64,000 nucleotides of DNA from Kofleriaceae bacterium (GTDB taxonomy: Bacteria > Myxococcota_A > Polyangia > Haliangiales > Haliangiaceae): contig JBKJLC010000278.1 of assembly GCA_046597055.1 (NCBI GenBank), positions 1-64,000 on the forward strand, read 5' to 3'. Shown piece after piece: positions 30,322-39,222 of this stretch. The notes beneath the pieces are model-generated. The model was not told the origin of the DNA and did no database searches. It saw nothing but the letters and a program-made list of their open reading frames with translations. The stretch's first letter is position 1. Each line of letters begins with the position of its first letter. The position numbers and the translations under genes are program-made.

Positions 30322-30909
30322 TCACGTGGGCGACAGCGACACCGTGGCCTGGAACGTCATGCCCTGGGTCGCGGCCGGCAGCTTCCACTTGCCGGCGACG
30401 CTCTTCATGCAGCCATCGAACGCATCGCCGAGGTCGGGCGAGAACGAGCTGCGGTTGTGGTCGCCGGACGGGGCGAAGCTGGCCGACACCCGGAGCGAGA
30501 TCGTGCGCGCCTGCAGCGCCGCGTTCTTCTTGAGCGCCTGCTCGTAGCACTTCTGGATCGAGCCGCGCGACTTGCCGACCACGTCGATGAACTTCTGAGA
30601 CAGCTCGCCGGCGAGCTTGTCGTCGATCGGCGCGCCGCCGCCACCGCCGCCCGCGGGCCTGGCCTTGATCGTGAGCGCGTTGCCGTCGATGGCGAACGTG
30701 TACTGCTGGTCGCCGCCGGCGAGCTTCAGGCGCGCGATCTCGGCCTCGTAGCTCTGGATCAGCTTGTCCTTCTCGGCGAGCTTGCCGACCCGGGACTCGC
30801 AGTCGCTGAGCTTCGACAGCGTCTGCGGGCTGTCCTTGGTGGAGCCCTTGCAACCGGCAAGGGCGAGGGTGGTGGAGGCGAGAATGAGCGTGAGGCGGGA
30901 TCTAGGCAT
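30322..30909 (-). CDS. Lipoprotein with AgmX/PglI (TonB-C-like) C-terminal domain
   Basis: Lipobox LAGC, coiled coil, IQKCYEQALKKNAAL...CMKSVAGKWKLP. Confidence 0.8.
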   Translation of the reverse strand: MPRSRLTLILASTTLALAGCKGSTKDSPQTLSKLSDCESRVGKLAEKDKLIQSYEAEIARLKLAGGDQQYTFAIDGNALTIKARPAGGGGGGAPIDDKLAGELSQKFIDVVGKSRGSIQKCYEQALKKNAALQARTISLRVSASFAPSGDHNRSSFSPDLGDAFDGCMKSVAGKWKLPAATQGMTFQATVSLSPT

Positions 30910-31333
30910 CTGGTTCTCCCGGCAGCTTGCCCGGAACGATCGGAGGAGGTGCGAGGGGATCGACGCGCTCGATGAAGCGCGCCACGACCGTGCCCCGGAC
31001 CACGTGGGTGGCAACAATCTCGGCGGCCTTGGCTGGGTCTAGCCGATTATACAGTGCCGTGACCAGTCGCGGTCCGCCCCGGCGTGACGGAGGTAGATCG
31101 GCGAGGGCGAATCGGGGCGGATTGACCGCCAGCTCGGCTGGCAGCTCCCGGACCAGGGCGTTGACGCCCTGCGAGCAGCGGCCGAAGCAGCTCTGCCAGG
31201 CCAGCTCGCAGGTCCGGGCCACACCCTCGCGGTCCAACGCGCTCACGAAGGCCTCGTGGACGACGCGGGAATTGCGGCGATCTCCACACTCGGGACCGCG
31301 GCACACCAATATCCGGAAGCGCCGCTCAGCCAC
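30902..31333 (-). CDS. Thioredoxin-like (2Fe-2S) ferredoxin
   Basis: ILVCRGPEC...SCFGRCSQGVN...Y...EIVATHVVRG. Confidence 0.85.
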   Translation of the reverse strand: MAERRFRILVCRGPECGDRRNSRVVHEAFVSALDREGVARTCELAWQSCFGRCSQGVNALVRELPAELAVNPPRFALADLPPSRRGGPRLVTALYNRLDPAKAAEIVATHVVRGTVVARFIERVDPLAPPPIVPGKLPGEPDA

Positions 31334-31428
31334 GTCGCCACCAGCGTGGAACGCGGCCCGATTCCTGTCAACCACCCCACCCGGCCGAGTCCCCCCGGCA
31401 CGCCCGTGGTCCCCTGCCCGCTGCGGCC

Positions 31429-33297
31429 TTATCGCAGGGCGGACTTCGCGATCGCGGAGGTGGCCGGCACGGTGCGCGGGTCCTCCGCGACGTAGCGCAG
31501 CGTCTCGCGCGCTTCGGCGCCGCCGGCGGCCAAGGCCCGCGCGATGGCCTCCACCAGCGCGGCCTCTCCGGCGAACCCCGGGTCAGCGCGGTACATCAGC
31601 AGCTGGCGACGGAGCCGATCGTGCTCGGCGCCCTGCCCGACCGCGATCATTGCGCGCACGAGCTCGAGGCGGTCGGCGGTCGGCGTGGCCGGGTCCTCGG
31701 CCTGCGCCGCGAGCGCGGTCACCGCCTGATCGCGCTGGGCGGCAGTCAGCTCGCGCTCGCCCATGCCACCGATCGCGCGCGCGATCGCGGCGACCGCGGC
31801 GGGCTGGCTGCCGGTGATGTAGTCGTGGCGCAGCTCGAGCGCGACCAGCAGCGCCGGCAGCCCGGCCGGATCCTTGCGACCGACCAGCAGCTCGACCACC
31901 GATTCGCGCAGCTTGAGCGGCGTGCGCGGGTCCTGGACGATCGCCAGCAGATCCTTGGCGACGTCGGCGCCCTCGAGCTTGGCCAGCGCGGCCACCGCGA
32001 ACTGCTTGATCTCGTCGAACCGCTGGTCGCGGTCACGCGCGATCGCGACCAGCGCGGCGACCGTGGTCGGCGTCTCGCCCTGGCCGGTCGGCGCCCAGCC
32101 GTCGCAGTCGAAGGTCGCGCCGAGCACCTGGCCACCGGCGTCGATCTTGCCGGTGGCCTGCAGCGCGCCCGTCGCGGGATCGACCGCGATCACGCTGCCG
32201 TCGGCGGCGACCCCGACCACCACGCGGCCGGCGTGGGCCGAGGCGACCAGCTCGACCCGCGGCTGGCTGTAGGCCCAGCGCAGGTCGCCGGCCGGCGACA
32301 GGCCGAACAGGAAGCGGAAGAAGTGCACCACCACGACGTCGCCGTCGAAGGTCAGCGGCCCGTCCCCCTTCGCGGTGCCCCGCCACAGCACGCGCTTGCG
32401 ATCGAACGCCGAGTAGCCGGCCTGGACCGGGTCGAACGCGTCGCGGTCGTAGGTGGCGGTCGCCAGCTGCTTGGGCAGCGCGGCCGCGCCGTAGGTCGAG
32501 CCGCTCCGGGTGCCGCTGGACGCCCGGACATCGAGCCGGAAGATGCCGGCCTTCGAGCCGAACCAAGCGCCGTCGCTGGTCGTGCGCACGAAGGTGATCT
32601 CCTGATCGATGCCGCGGATGCGGGTGAGCTGCTCGCCGGTCCGGGCGTCGAGGATGGACAGCCACTGGGTCAGGAACGGCGACAGCACCAGCCCGCCCTG
32701 CGCGGCCGGGGCGCCGAGCGCGCCCGGGGCGTCGTTCTTCCAGCGCTGCTTGCCGTCCGGGCCGTACGCCGCGAGCGTCCACACCGGCCGCCCGACCGAC
32801 GCGTGCTGGTAGGTCACATAGACCTGCTCGCCGTCGGTGGTCGCGCCGACCAGGTCGCCGTCGACGGTGATCGAGCCGCGCGGCGCGCCGGTGGTGACGT
32901 CGCGGATGACGACCTTGCCACCCTCGCGCGCGACCACGAGCGGGCCGGCGACCGCGACCCGCGACTGCACGTCGGCGTCGACCTTCCAAAGCGTGGCGCC
33001 CGCGGCGGCGTCATACGCGATCAGCTTCTTGGGCGTGCCAGCGATCACCGCGAGCACCAGCGGCTTGCCGAGCGCGTTGCTCACCGCCGGCGCGGCCGCG
33101 AGCGTGCGCCCGGCGAGCGCGCGGCCGAGCTGGTCGGCGTTGTTGTCGTCCGAGGTCAGGCCGAACACCGCCTTGGGCCCGCAGCCGCTGACCGCGGCGA
33201 CCGAAGCGACCGCCAGTGCGGCCGCCGCCAGCGCGAGCGCCGGGTGGCGCGACGGGCGGGTCGAGGACGTGGGCAAATCGATCGAGGACGTGGACAT
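31429..33297 (-). CDS. Lipoprotein with PQQ-like beta-propeller and C-terminal HEAT repeats
   Basis: Lipobox VSGC; AYDAAAGATLWK, DGKQRWK, LDARTGEQL, AVDPATGAL blades; helical C-terminus. Confidence 0.8.
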   Translation of the reverse strand: MSTSSIDLPTSSTRPSRHPALALAAAALAVASVAAVSGCGPKAVFGLTSDDNNADQLGRALAGRTLAAAPAVSNALGKPLVLAVIAGTPKKLIAYDAAAGATLWKVDADVQSRVAVAGPLVVAREGGKVVIRDVTTGAPRGSITVDGDLVGATTDGEQVYVTYQHASVGRPVWTLAAYGPDGKQRWKNDAPGALGAPAAQGGLVLSPFLTQWLSILDARTGEQLTRIRGIDQEITFVRTTSDGAWFGSKAGIFRLDVRASSGTRSGSTYGAAALPKQLATATYDRDAFDPVQAGYSAFDRKRVLWRGTAKGDGPLTFDGDVVVVHFFRFLFGLSPAGDLRWAYSQPRVELVASAHAGRVVVGVAADGSVIAVDPATGALQATGKIDAGGQVLGATFDCDGWAPTGQGETPTTVAALVAIARDRDQRFDEIKQFAVAALAKLEGADVAKDLLAIVQDPRTPLKLRESVVELLVGRKDPAGLPALLVALELRHDYITGSQPAAVAAIARAIGGMGERELTAAQRDQAVTALAAQAEDPATPTADRLELVRAMIAVGQGAEHDRLRRQLLMYRADPGFAGEAALVEAIARALAAGGAEARETLRYVAEDPRTVPATSAIAKSALR

Positions 33298-34106
33298 CAG
33301 TCACCCCCCAGCATCGTCTTGAGCGCGGCCTCGGCCTCGCGCCGCGACTGCTTCGGCGGCTTGGCGGGGGTCGCATCGACATACTCGGTCAGCGCCGAGA
33401 TCGCTTCGGGCCCGGCCAGCTTGGCCACCGTGCGCACCACCTGGACCCGCGCCGGCTCGGACGTGAAGTCGGGGCGGCTGAGGATCGCGCCGAGGCTCTG
33501 CGCCAGCACCGCATCGGGCGCGGTGCCCAGGTGCTCGGCGATCACGCGGGCGAGATCGGCGTCGGCGAGGGCGCCGAGCGCCAGCCCGGCCGACACCTCG
33601 CCCTTGTCGAGCAGCGCGAGCAGCGGCTCGGTCGCGCCCTTGACCCGCGCCGACGCCGCCGCCTCGGCGGCCGCGGCGCGCACGGTCGCTTCTTGATCGC
33701 GCAGCGCGAGCAGGACCTCGGCGCTGGCGCCCTCGTGGCGGGCCAGCGCGCGGACCGCCGCGGCCCGGACCCGCGGGGTGCGGTACTTCGCGTACGGCTT
33801 CACCGTCGCGAGATCGGTGGCGACTGGCGCCGTCGCCAGCGCGGTCAGCGCCGCGACCGCGACGTCGGGGTGGACCCCGGTCGCGAGCGCGTCGAGCAGC
33901 GCGCCGCGCGCGCCGACGTCACGCGAGGCCCCCAGCTCGGTGGCCGCCAGGGCCGCCTGCGCGGGGTCCGGGCCGATCAGCGCGGCCCGCGCCTTGTCGA
34001 TATCGACCTTCTTGGCCGGTCGCCGCGGCTGGGCCGCCACCAAGGCCGGTGTCGCGACCAGCGCGAGCACCAGCACCATACGCCACGAACGGGAGAGACC
34101 AGGCAT
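33297..34106 (-). CDS. Exported HEAT-repeat protein
   Basis: Signal peptide (LVAA-Q); PRVRAAAVRALA and D-EATVRAAAAEA repeats. Confidence 0.8.
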   Translation of the reverse strand: MPGLSRSWRMVLVLALVATPALVAAQPRRPAKKVDIDKARAALIGPDPAQAALAATELGASRDVGARGALLDALATGVHPDVAVAALTALATAPVATDLATVKPYAKYRTPRVRAAAVRALARHEGASAEVLLALRDQEATVRAAAAEAAASARVKGATEPLLALLDKGEVSAGLALGALADADLARVIAEHLGTAPDAVLAQSLGAILSRPDFTSEPARVQVVRTVAKLAGPEAISALTEYVDATPAKPPKQSRREAEAALKTMLGGD

Positions 34107-34201
34107 CGGAACCCCTTGGGCGCGCCGCGCACCCGGCCCCGACGTAGCAGAAAATCCCACCCCGGATCAAGCCGGCGGAAACGCTCACGCTCCCGCGGCA
34201 G

Positions 34202-34759
34202 CTACTCGTCGTTCGCCTTGGTGTCGTCGTCCGAGAAGTCGACCTTGCCGCTGTACGACTCGGCCTTGCCCAGGATCTTGAACTTGCCGGTCGCGACCAC
34301 GGTGCCGGCGACCTCGACCGTCATCAAGATTTGCTTGTTCACGCCGACCTGCTTGCGGTCGAGGGTGAACTGCGAAATCAGCGAGCGCTCGCCGCGCTGA
34401 TCGACGAACTGCTCGAAGCTACCGATCATCGTCCGGGGTGAACCGGGGCTGATGTCGTACAGCTTGATGAAGATCTCGATGTCGTTCAGCGGCCGCTTGA
34501 AGAAGGCCGCGAAGTGGATCTTCCAGGTCTTCTTGTCCTTGTCCTCCCAGAACTGGGTCTTGGATTGCTTGCGCAGCGCGCCGACGTACGCATTCACGCT
34601 CTTGGCGTAGGACGGGTACTTCTTGTCGCTGGTGAGGACCTTGCCGCCGAAGACCTTCTCCGGTCCCTTCTGCGCCATCGCCGGACTGGCCAGCAGTCCG
34701 AGCAGCAGCACCGACACGACGACGATCAGGGACGCGAGCGAGAGCGAGCGAAATCTCAT
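34202..34759 (-). CDS. Exported hypothetical protein
   Basis: GGAGG RBS, signal peptide AMA-Q, beta-rich Lys-rich body, strong codon bias. Confidence 0.85.
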   Translation of the reverse strand: MRFRSLSLASLIVVVSVLLLGLLASPAMAQKGPEKVFGGKVLTSDKKYPSYAKSVNAYVGALRKQSKTQFWEDKDKKTWKIHFAAFFKRPLNDIEIFIKLYDISPGSPRTMIGSFEQFVDQRGERSLISQFTLDRKQVGVNKQILMTVEVAGTVVATGKFKILGKAESYSGKVDFSDDDTKANDE

Positions 34760-34800
34760 CAGGACCTCCCGGACATGGACCGGATGCTAGGCGGGAAGAT

Positions 34801-35733
34801 TCACGCAGGACCAGCGGATTCGCCATCGCCGGGCGCGACCGCGCGCCGATCTGCGAGCAGCGCGGTGATGGCCGCGAGATTCTCGGGGGTCGCGGCGCCG
34901 GCGATGTGGGCAAGCCCGAGCGCGCGGCGACCGAGCACCCGGTAGAGCTCCTGCATCGCGGCGTCGGGCGCGAGCGCGTCGAGGTGGCGCGCCACCGTGC
35001 CGGCGTCGCCGCGGCGGATGGGGCCGGTCAGCCCCTGGGCCAGGCCGCGCTCGCTGACGTTGGCCAGCGCGCCCTGCGCCAGCGGCACCAGCGCGGCGAC
35101 CGCGGCGGCCTCGTCGATCCCGGCCTCGCGCAGCAGCCCGACCGCGGCATCGAGCACCGCGACCACGTAGTTCGACGCGATCGCCGCGGCCGCGTGATAG
35201 CGCGCCATCGCCGTGCTCTCGAGCGTCAGCGGGGTACCGCCGACCAGCTTGGCCAGCTGGGCCGCCGCCGCGCGGCCGCGGGCATCGCCCTCGACGCCGA
35301 ACACGGTGCCCTTCCAGCCGCGCATCGCCGTGCGGGCATCGACCACCGCGCGCAGCGGATGGAGCGAGCCGATCCCGCCGACCTTGTCGGCGACCGCGCC
35401 GAACGCCTCGGCCGCCGGCATCGCGCCCGAGCAGTGCAGGAGCACGTGGCGATTACCGACCAGGCCGGTGCCGATCAGCCGGGCCGCGACCTCGGCGACC
35501 GCGTCGTCGCGCACCGCGATCAAGATGATGTCGGCCTCGAGCAGCAGATCCGGAGGCGCCGGCGAGAACGCCGCGACGCCGGCGGCGGCCGCGGCCGCGC
35601 GGGCCGAGGCCGGCTTGCGGGCCCACAGGCCGAGCACGGGCACCCCGGCCAGCCGGAGCCCGCCGGCCAGCGCGGTGGCGACCGGACCGGCGCCGACGAT
35701 GAACGTGTTGGGAGTCGGGGTGCGGGTCGTCAA
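34801..35733 (-). CDS. Rossmann-like + DUF2520 oxidoreductase (PanG-like)
   Basis: IVGAGPVA, LIAVRDD, HCSGA, SLHPL, YHAAAAIASNY, LTGPIRRGDAGTVARHL. Confidence 0.9.
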   Translation of the reverse strand: MTTRTPTPNTFIVGAGPVATALAGGLRLAGVPVLGLWARKPASARAAAAAAGVAAFSPAPPDLLLEADIILIAVRDDAVAEVAARLIGTGLVGNRHVLLHCSGAMPAAEAFGAVADKVGGIGSLHPLRAVVDARTAMRGWKGTVFGVEGDARGRAAAAQLAKLVGGTPLTLESTAMARYHAAAAIASNYVVAVLDAAVGLLREAGIDEAAAVAALVPLAQGALANVSERGLAQGLTGPIRRGDAGTVARHLDALAPDAAMQELYRVLGRRALGLAHIAGAATPENLAAITALLADRRAVAPGDGESAGPA

Positions 35734-36308
35734 CGGTAGAGTCCTCGTCGGCCGATATAACCGAGAACCGTGCGAGGCACTAGCCCCGAAGCATCCTCCC
35801 CGGCCTCGATCCGACGGCGCACCTCCGTCGACGACACCGCCGGCATCGCGAGCTCCGACACGTGCGCCCCGTCAGGCACGACCACGCCGCCGCGACCGAC
35901 CACGATCGGCGGTGCGCGCCGGCACACCTCGTCCCACCGGTGCCACTTGCTGGTCTCGGCCAGGATGTCGGCGCCGATGATCAACCGGACATCGAGCGTG
36001 GGCTCGGTCGCGGCGAGGTGCTCGAGCGCGTACAGGGTCCGGCTCTCGCCGCCGCGGGCGCGCGCGACCGCCTCCTCGATCCGCGACACCTTCGCACGGG
36101 GGCCGAGCGCCGCCACCGCCAGCTCGCACATCGCGACGCGATCCTCGTACGAGGCCAGCGTCTTGCCGAACGCGTGGCGCCAGGTCGGCGCCAGCCACAG
36201 CTCGTCGATCGGCGCGGTCTCGAGCATGGTCAGCCCGACCAGCAGGTGCGCCACGTGCGGCGGGTTGAAGCTGCCGCCGAACAGACCGACCGTACGCGCT
36301 GCCGTCAT
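35730..36308 (-). CDS. nadD: Nicotinate-nucleotide adenylyltransferase
   Basis: GLFGGSFNPPHVAH, LIIGAD, KWHRW, VSSTEVR, YI-RRGLY. Confidence 0.95.
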   Translation of the reverse strand: MTAARTVGLFGGSFNPPHVAHLLVGLTMLETAPIDELWLAPTWRHAFGKTLASYEDRVAMCELAVAALGPRAKVSRIEEAVARARGGESRTLYALEHLAATEPTLDVRLIIGADILAETSKWHRWDEVCRRAPPIVVGRGGVVVPDGAHVSELAMPAVSSTEVRRRIEAGEDASGLVPRTVLGYIGRRGLYR

Positions 36309-36336
36309 GCCGGGATCGTAGCCCAGGCCGCGCCGC

Positions 36337-37512
36337 CTACGCGTAGAGCAGGTACGGCCGTCGCGCGTCCTCGAACGCGCGCTCGGCGTCGGCCCAGGTC
36401 GCGGCCAGCTCGTCGAGCGATGCCCCGGCGTCGATCCCCGCGCGGACCTCGGCGCTGCCGGTGAGCAGATCGATCGCCGGGATCGTATCGACGAACTCGT
36501 AGGCGCGCGTCCGCCAGCCGAAGGCGTCGCCGCCGAGCCGCCGGCACGCGGCGAGCAACCCGATCCCGGTGCGGTACGGCCGGAACGCCGCGCGATCCGT
36601 GACATGGATCTGCACGCCGCCGCAGGCGCGGCCCGCGTGCTTCTGGAACATCGGCGTGAACGTGCACGGCCGGAAGCGCGCGCCGGGCAGCCGTTCGGCG
36701 GTGAGCGCCGCGGCCAGCGCGTCGGGATCGACGAACGGCGCGCCGGCCAGCTCGAACGGCCGGGTGGTACCCCGCCCCTCCGACAGCTCGGTGCCCTCGA
36801 TCAGACACATCCCCGGGTAGACCCGCGCGGTGTCGCAGGTCGGCATGTTCGGCGACGGCATCACCCATGGCAGCCCGGTGTCCTCGAACGTCATCGCGCG
36901 CTGCCAGCCGGCCATCGGCACGACCGTGAGATCGAGGTCGAGCCCCTCGACCGCGGCACGCCAGCGCGCGATCTCGCCGGCGGTCAGGCCGTGCCGGTTG
37001 GGACACGACACCAGGCCGACGAACGAGTCGTAGCCGGTCGCGATCGCGCCGCCCTCGACCCGGTCGCCGCCGAGCGGGTTGGGCCGATCCAGCACGACGA
37101 ACGCCTTGCCGGCCGCGGCCGCCGCGCGCATCGCGAGCACCATCGTCCACACGAACGTGTAGTAGCGGCTGCCGACGTCCTGGACGTCGTAGATCAGCAC
37201 GTCGACGTCGTCGAGCATCGCCGGCGTCGGCGCCAGCGACGCCAGCTCGTGTCCATACAGGCTGTGGACCGGCAGGCCGGTGCGCGCGTCGTGCGCGGCC
37301 TGCACGCCGATCATGTCCTGGGCGTCGCCGCGGACGCCGTGCTCGGGACCGAACAGCGCGGTGACCGAGATTGCCGGGCGCGCGGCCAGCAGATCGACCA
37401 TGTGGTCGAGCTCGGCGGTGACCGCGGTGGGGTTGGCGATGAGGCCCACCCGGCGCCCGCGGAGGGCGCGATCGTCGGCGAGGAGCTGCTCGAGACCGGT
37501 GGCTACGCGCAT
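36337..37512 (-). CDS. namZ: Exo-beta-N-acetylmuramidase NamZ (DUF1343) family
   Basis: LFGPEHGVRG, DVQDVGSRYYTF, LDRPNPLGG, RHGLTAGE, PSPNMPT, SEGRGTTRPFE. Confidence 0.9.
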   Translation of the reverse strand: MRVATGLEQLLADDRALRGRRVGLIANPTAVTAELDHMVDLLAARPAISVTALFGPEHGVRGDAQDMIGVQAAHDARTGLPVHSLYGHELASLAPTPAMLDDVDVLIYDVQDVGSRYYTFVWTMVLAMRAAAAAGKAFVVLDRPNPLGGDRVEGGAIATGYDSFVGLVSCPNRHGLTAGEIARWRAAVEGLDLDLTVVPMAGWQRAMTFEDTGLPWVMPSPNMPTCDTARVYPGMCLIEGTELSEGRGTTRPFELAGAPFVDPDALAAALTAERLPGARFRPCTFTPMFQKHAGRACGGVQIHVTDRAAFRPYRTGIGLLAACRRLGGDAFGWRTRAYEFVDTIPAIDLLTGSAEVRAGIDAGASLDELAATWADAERAFEDARRPYLLYA

Positions 37513-37585
37513 CTGGTTCCAGGCGGGAGGGCCGCAGGCGCGGACGTGACCGACGGCTTACGTAGGTGCTTCCGTGAGCGCCCGG

Positions 37586-39088
37586 TCAGAAGATCGGCAC
37601 CGGCTTGAGCGTGACCTTGCCGTCCTTCATGACGACCCGGAAGCGCACGGCCTTGCAGTTGTACTGGCCCTTGAGCTTGCCCTCGTTCACGCGCAGCTTG
37701 GCGATGAAGCCCTCGAAGCTGACCTCGTCGGGGTTGCCCGACTGGCGACGCGCCTCGACGTAGTCGGTGTAGACGCGCTTGTAGTAGTCGGGCTCGGGCT
37801 CGCGGGCGAGCGCAGCCAGCTCCGGATCGTTGCCGCCGGTGGCCGGCTTGTCGCTCTCCTCGTCGAACTCCACCCGGCCCGAGATGATCGGGTTGCCGTC
37901 CTCGTCGAACTCCTCGTCGCCGGGCTCGGGCCGCCCGAGCAGGCGCGCCAGCATCACGTTGAGCCCGTTGGCCAGGCCGTCGAGCTCCTCGCCGACCGGC
38001 CGGAACGTGCGCTCGAGGTTGCCGTTGATGATCTCGTTGACGCCGACCTCAAGCTCGTCGACCTGATCGAGGATGCGGCGGGTCGACAGGAACATGCCGG
38101 CGAGCGCGAGCACCAGCGCGACCCCACCGAGGACGAGGATCATGCGGCCGCTGTTGCCGACGTCGCCGCGGACGGTCGGCGCCAGCACCAGGACGCCGGC
38201 GGTGACCGGCGGATAATCCTTGAGCAGCTCCGGGTTCGACGTGATGCGCGGCATGCGCACCGCCGCGACCAGGTAGGTCGATTCGGCGACGGTCGTCCGC
38301 ACCCGCGGGGCCTGGCCCTTGGTCAACGCGGTCGTGACCAGGTCGCCCTGCTTGAGCACCGCCGACAGCGCGCCCTGCATGCCGGTGTCCTCGGTGTTCT
38401 CGCCCTTGCGGAAGCTGGTCGCGTAGACCTGGCCGTTGTCGAAGTACGCGATCTCGGCGCCGAGGACCGCGTGCTCACCGCGGGCCGCCTTCGACGACTG
38501 CGCGTACGCGAGCACGACCGCCCCGATGATCTTGGCGCCGCCGTCGGTCTGGGTTCCGCCGGGGTCGACGACGGTGGCGACGCCGACGCGCATCAACCCC
38601 TTGCCCGGATAGTTCCAGATCTCGGAGAGGTAGACCTTCTTCTTGAGCGCGAGCGCGAGCCCGGGCCAGGCGACCTTGCCGTCCTTGCCCTTCAGCTCGC
38701 CGGCGACCGGGTTATTGACCCGGTCCATCGCGACGATGTTGCCGGTCTCGTCCACCAGCGCGAGCAGGTCGGGCTCGGCGCCCTCCTTCTGGGCTCGGAA
38801 GCGCTGGAACGCGAGGTCCGCGTTCCGGACGCGGTCCATGCTGGTGTCGGTCACCAGCGCTGCGATCACCTCTTCCGTCTTGGCGAGGCCCTCGACCTTC
38901 TTGAAGGTGTCGAGGGCAACGAGGGTGGCGTTGTTGCCGGCCTGCTGCGGCAGGCGACCGAGTTGCATCATGGACTCGGCGTCCCTGCGGACCCGATCCT
39001 GCAACCCCGATGTGACGACAAAATACGTGACCGCGGTCACCGCCGCGATCGCGATCGCGACGATACCGCCGATGACCGTGCGGGACAT
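37586..39088 (-). CDS. MXAN_5187-like membrane protein (TM, Cache-like periplasmic domain, TM, HAMP-like, conserved C-terminal domain)
   Basis: Two TMs; C-terminus YYKRVYTDYVEARR...FEGFIAKLRVNE...CKAVRFRVVMKDGKVTLKPVP. Confidence 0.75.
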   Translation of the reverse strand: MSRTVIGGIVAIAIAAVTAVTYFVVTSGLQDRVRRDAESMMQLGRLPQQAGNNATLVALDTFKKVEGLAKTEEVIAALVTDTSMDRVRNADLAFQRFRAQKEGAEPDLLALVDETGNIVAMDRVNNPVAGELKGKDGKVAWPGLALALKKKVYLSEIWNYPGKGLMRVGVATVVDPGGTQTDGGAKIIGAVVLAYAQSSKAARGEHAVLGAEIAYFDNGQVYATSFRKGENTEDTGMQGALSAVLKQGDLVTTALTKGQAPRVRTTVAESTYLVAAVRMPRITSNPELLKDYPPVTAGVLVLAPTVRGDVGNSGRMILVLGGVALVLALAGMFLSTRRILDQVDELEVGVNEIINGNLERTFRPVGEELDGLANGLNVMLARLLGRPEPGDEEFDEDGNPIISGRVEFDEESDKPATGGNDPELAALAREPEPDYYKRVYTDYVEARRQSGNPDEVSFEGFIAKLRVNEGKLKGQYNCKAVRFRVVMKDGKVTLKPVPIF

Positions 39089-39222
39089 GAGGCCTCCAGC
39101 CTTCGCGGATTATCCGGGCCGCGTGAATTGAGAGTCAATGCAACCGCGCCGCTTTGCGTCTCGCCGCGGTCTGGCGCTGGCGCGCGGCCCGCCCATCGCG
39201 CGTCGTTCCAACCATCGCATGC

